A stretch of DNA of 63,082 nucleotides, the filler included, from Stramenopiles sp. TOSAG23-2 (taxonomy: Eukaryota): NCBI GenBank assembly GCA_900128395.1. It is 56 parts of 56 records of this genome, joined end to end, with 100 filler letters (N's around TTAATTAATTAA, not from the genome) between each part and the next. Parts side by side here need not be neighbours in the genome. Positions count along the whole stretch, not along the records: positions 60,942 to 61,962 come from LT654004.1; positions 62,063 to 63,082 come from LT654005.1; 54 more parts are not named here. One strand, written 5' to 3'. Each line of letters begins with the position of its first letter. Within the stretch, counting starts at the first letter, position 1. The translations under genes and the position numbers were made by a program. Below the pieces are notes generated by a model, which searched no databases, was not told the DNA's origin, and saw nothing but the letters and a program-made list of their open reading frames with translations. Shown here in pieces: positions 61,831 through 63,082 of the stretch.

Positions 61831-62414
61831 GCTGTTATATTGTATTGTTAATAAGAATCAATATGTATCTATATATGTATCTATATATCTATCTACATAT
61901 ATTTATATTCAATCTCTATCACATCGTACATCCATTATACATTAATAGACGACAGCTCAAGANNNNNNNNNNNNNNNNNNNNNNNNNNNNNNNNNNNNNN
62001 NNNNNNTTAATTAATTAANNNNNNNNNNNNNNNNNNNNNNNNNNNNNNNNNNNNNNNNNNNNCATAATTATGTGGATTACGAATCACGCCTAGAGGATAA
62101 TACGTAAAGACTCGGTGTGAAGAGTTCATATGCAATCAAGTACGATTTTGGTACCTAAAAATTTAAGTGATTTCTATAGAAATAATTGATCACTATAACA
62201 AGTAAAAATATATACAGTAATATGTAGAATGGATGATGGAAAAACTACAAAAATAATATAATTTACGAACCGTAAAATTTATATAAACACTATCTAATAA
62301 ATTAAATTAAAACACTTTTAATAAAATAATTATTTTGAATGTGTTCATAAAAAAAAACAGAGCACATCTAATCATACAAAGACTGTCAATACAATTTTTT
62401 ATTCACAAAGACAA

Positions 62415-63082
62415 TCAAAGTAATGCTTCATCTACTGGAGATGAAGATAACCGCGACCTTTCATCTTCCTCTTCCGCTGGTGGCATTGGCGGCTCTTTTG
62501 GCACAACTGAGATTGCTAATATTTCCGAAACAGCATCTTCAACGATTTTTTCCTGTGGAGGGGGTGGTGGTGGTGGTGCACTCGTGGCACGTGTACGAAG
62601 TTGGCGCTTTTTCATTTCATATCTTAACGTTTCGTTTATATTTGACAATCTTCTGCTCTCTCGATTGACATTCATTATGGTTTTTTGATGTTTCATTACA
62701 GCTGCATCCTTGAGTTTTAATTGTCCTTCTAATCGAACTTTCGCATTTCTTAAACTGCGTATCAAGGCATCTTTAATTTGTGTATCTACCCCATAAATTT
62801 TTTTTTCTGTATCAGCCATTGTGGCACGGTCTTCTAAAATTTGTTTCACAACTTTATGCTTGTCATGTGTCACTGTGGCGATCTTCTTCAACTTTATAAT
62901 TTTTTCTAATTTACCAGGATTTGTATTTAAAATGCGTAGTTCCATTTCATGTTGTTTTGTTACGTCTTCTATTTCCCCTTTTTTATGTTTATGATGTTTC
63001 TCATACGTGTCAAAACTAGTCACGAAGCTCTCAATTAAAAAACCAGTTAAAACTGGTACAAACATCATTGTCATGATATTTA
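62415..63082 (-). CDS. C-terminal fragment, possibly the last TM helix and coiled-coil tail of a voltage-gated or two-pore channel
   Basis: MMFVPVLTGFLIESF resembles S6 ends (xxxFILESF); a coiled coil and poly-Pro follow. Confidence 0.45.
   Translation of the reverse strand, partial: NIMTMMFVPVLTGFLIESFVTSFDTYEKHHKHKKGEIEDVTKQHEMELRILNTNPGKLEKIIKLKKIATVTHDKHKVVKQILEDRATMADTEKKIYGVDTQIKDALIRSLRNAKVRLEGQLKLKDAAVMKHQKTIMNVNRESRRLSNINETLRYEMKKRQLRTRATSAPPPPPPPQEKIVEDAVSEILAISVVPKEPPMPPAEEEDERSRLSSSPVDEALL

Overview
This window is not one locus. It is 56 unrelated contigs of about 1.02-1.04 kb, sorted by size and joined by an artificial 100-bp spacer (44 N + TTAATTAATTAA + 44 N), so gene neighbourhood across spacers means nothing and most genes are truncated. 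The DNA is AT-rich and eukaryotic: it has GT-AG introns with CTAAC branch points, DIM1, RBX1 and a TTL-family gene. It is most likely a single-cell or metagenome assembly of a protist, probably a stramenopile (inference). The standout is a complete tRNA-Leu(UAG) gene on the minus strand (48780-48995) split by two closely related spliceosomal-type introns (GTATGT...CTAAC...CAG), one in the D-stem (24/25) and one at 37/38. Other highlights are an iodothyronine-deiodinase-like selenoprotein with an in-frame TGA and a candidate SECIS, a Cys-less pentameric ligand-gated ion channel, a bacterial-type Asp/Glu racemase, a HET/TIR-like domain, an internally deleted ion-channel/adenylyl-cyclase gene, a possible Dad3 subunit and a Gly-rich beta-solenoid repeat protein. 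Several inverted and tandem repeats and an Illumina adapter remnant are also present. All family calls come from motif recognition by eye; no searches were run.
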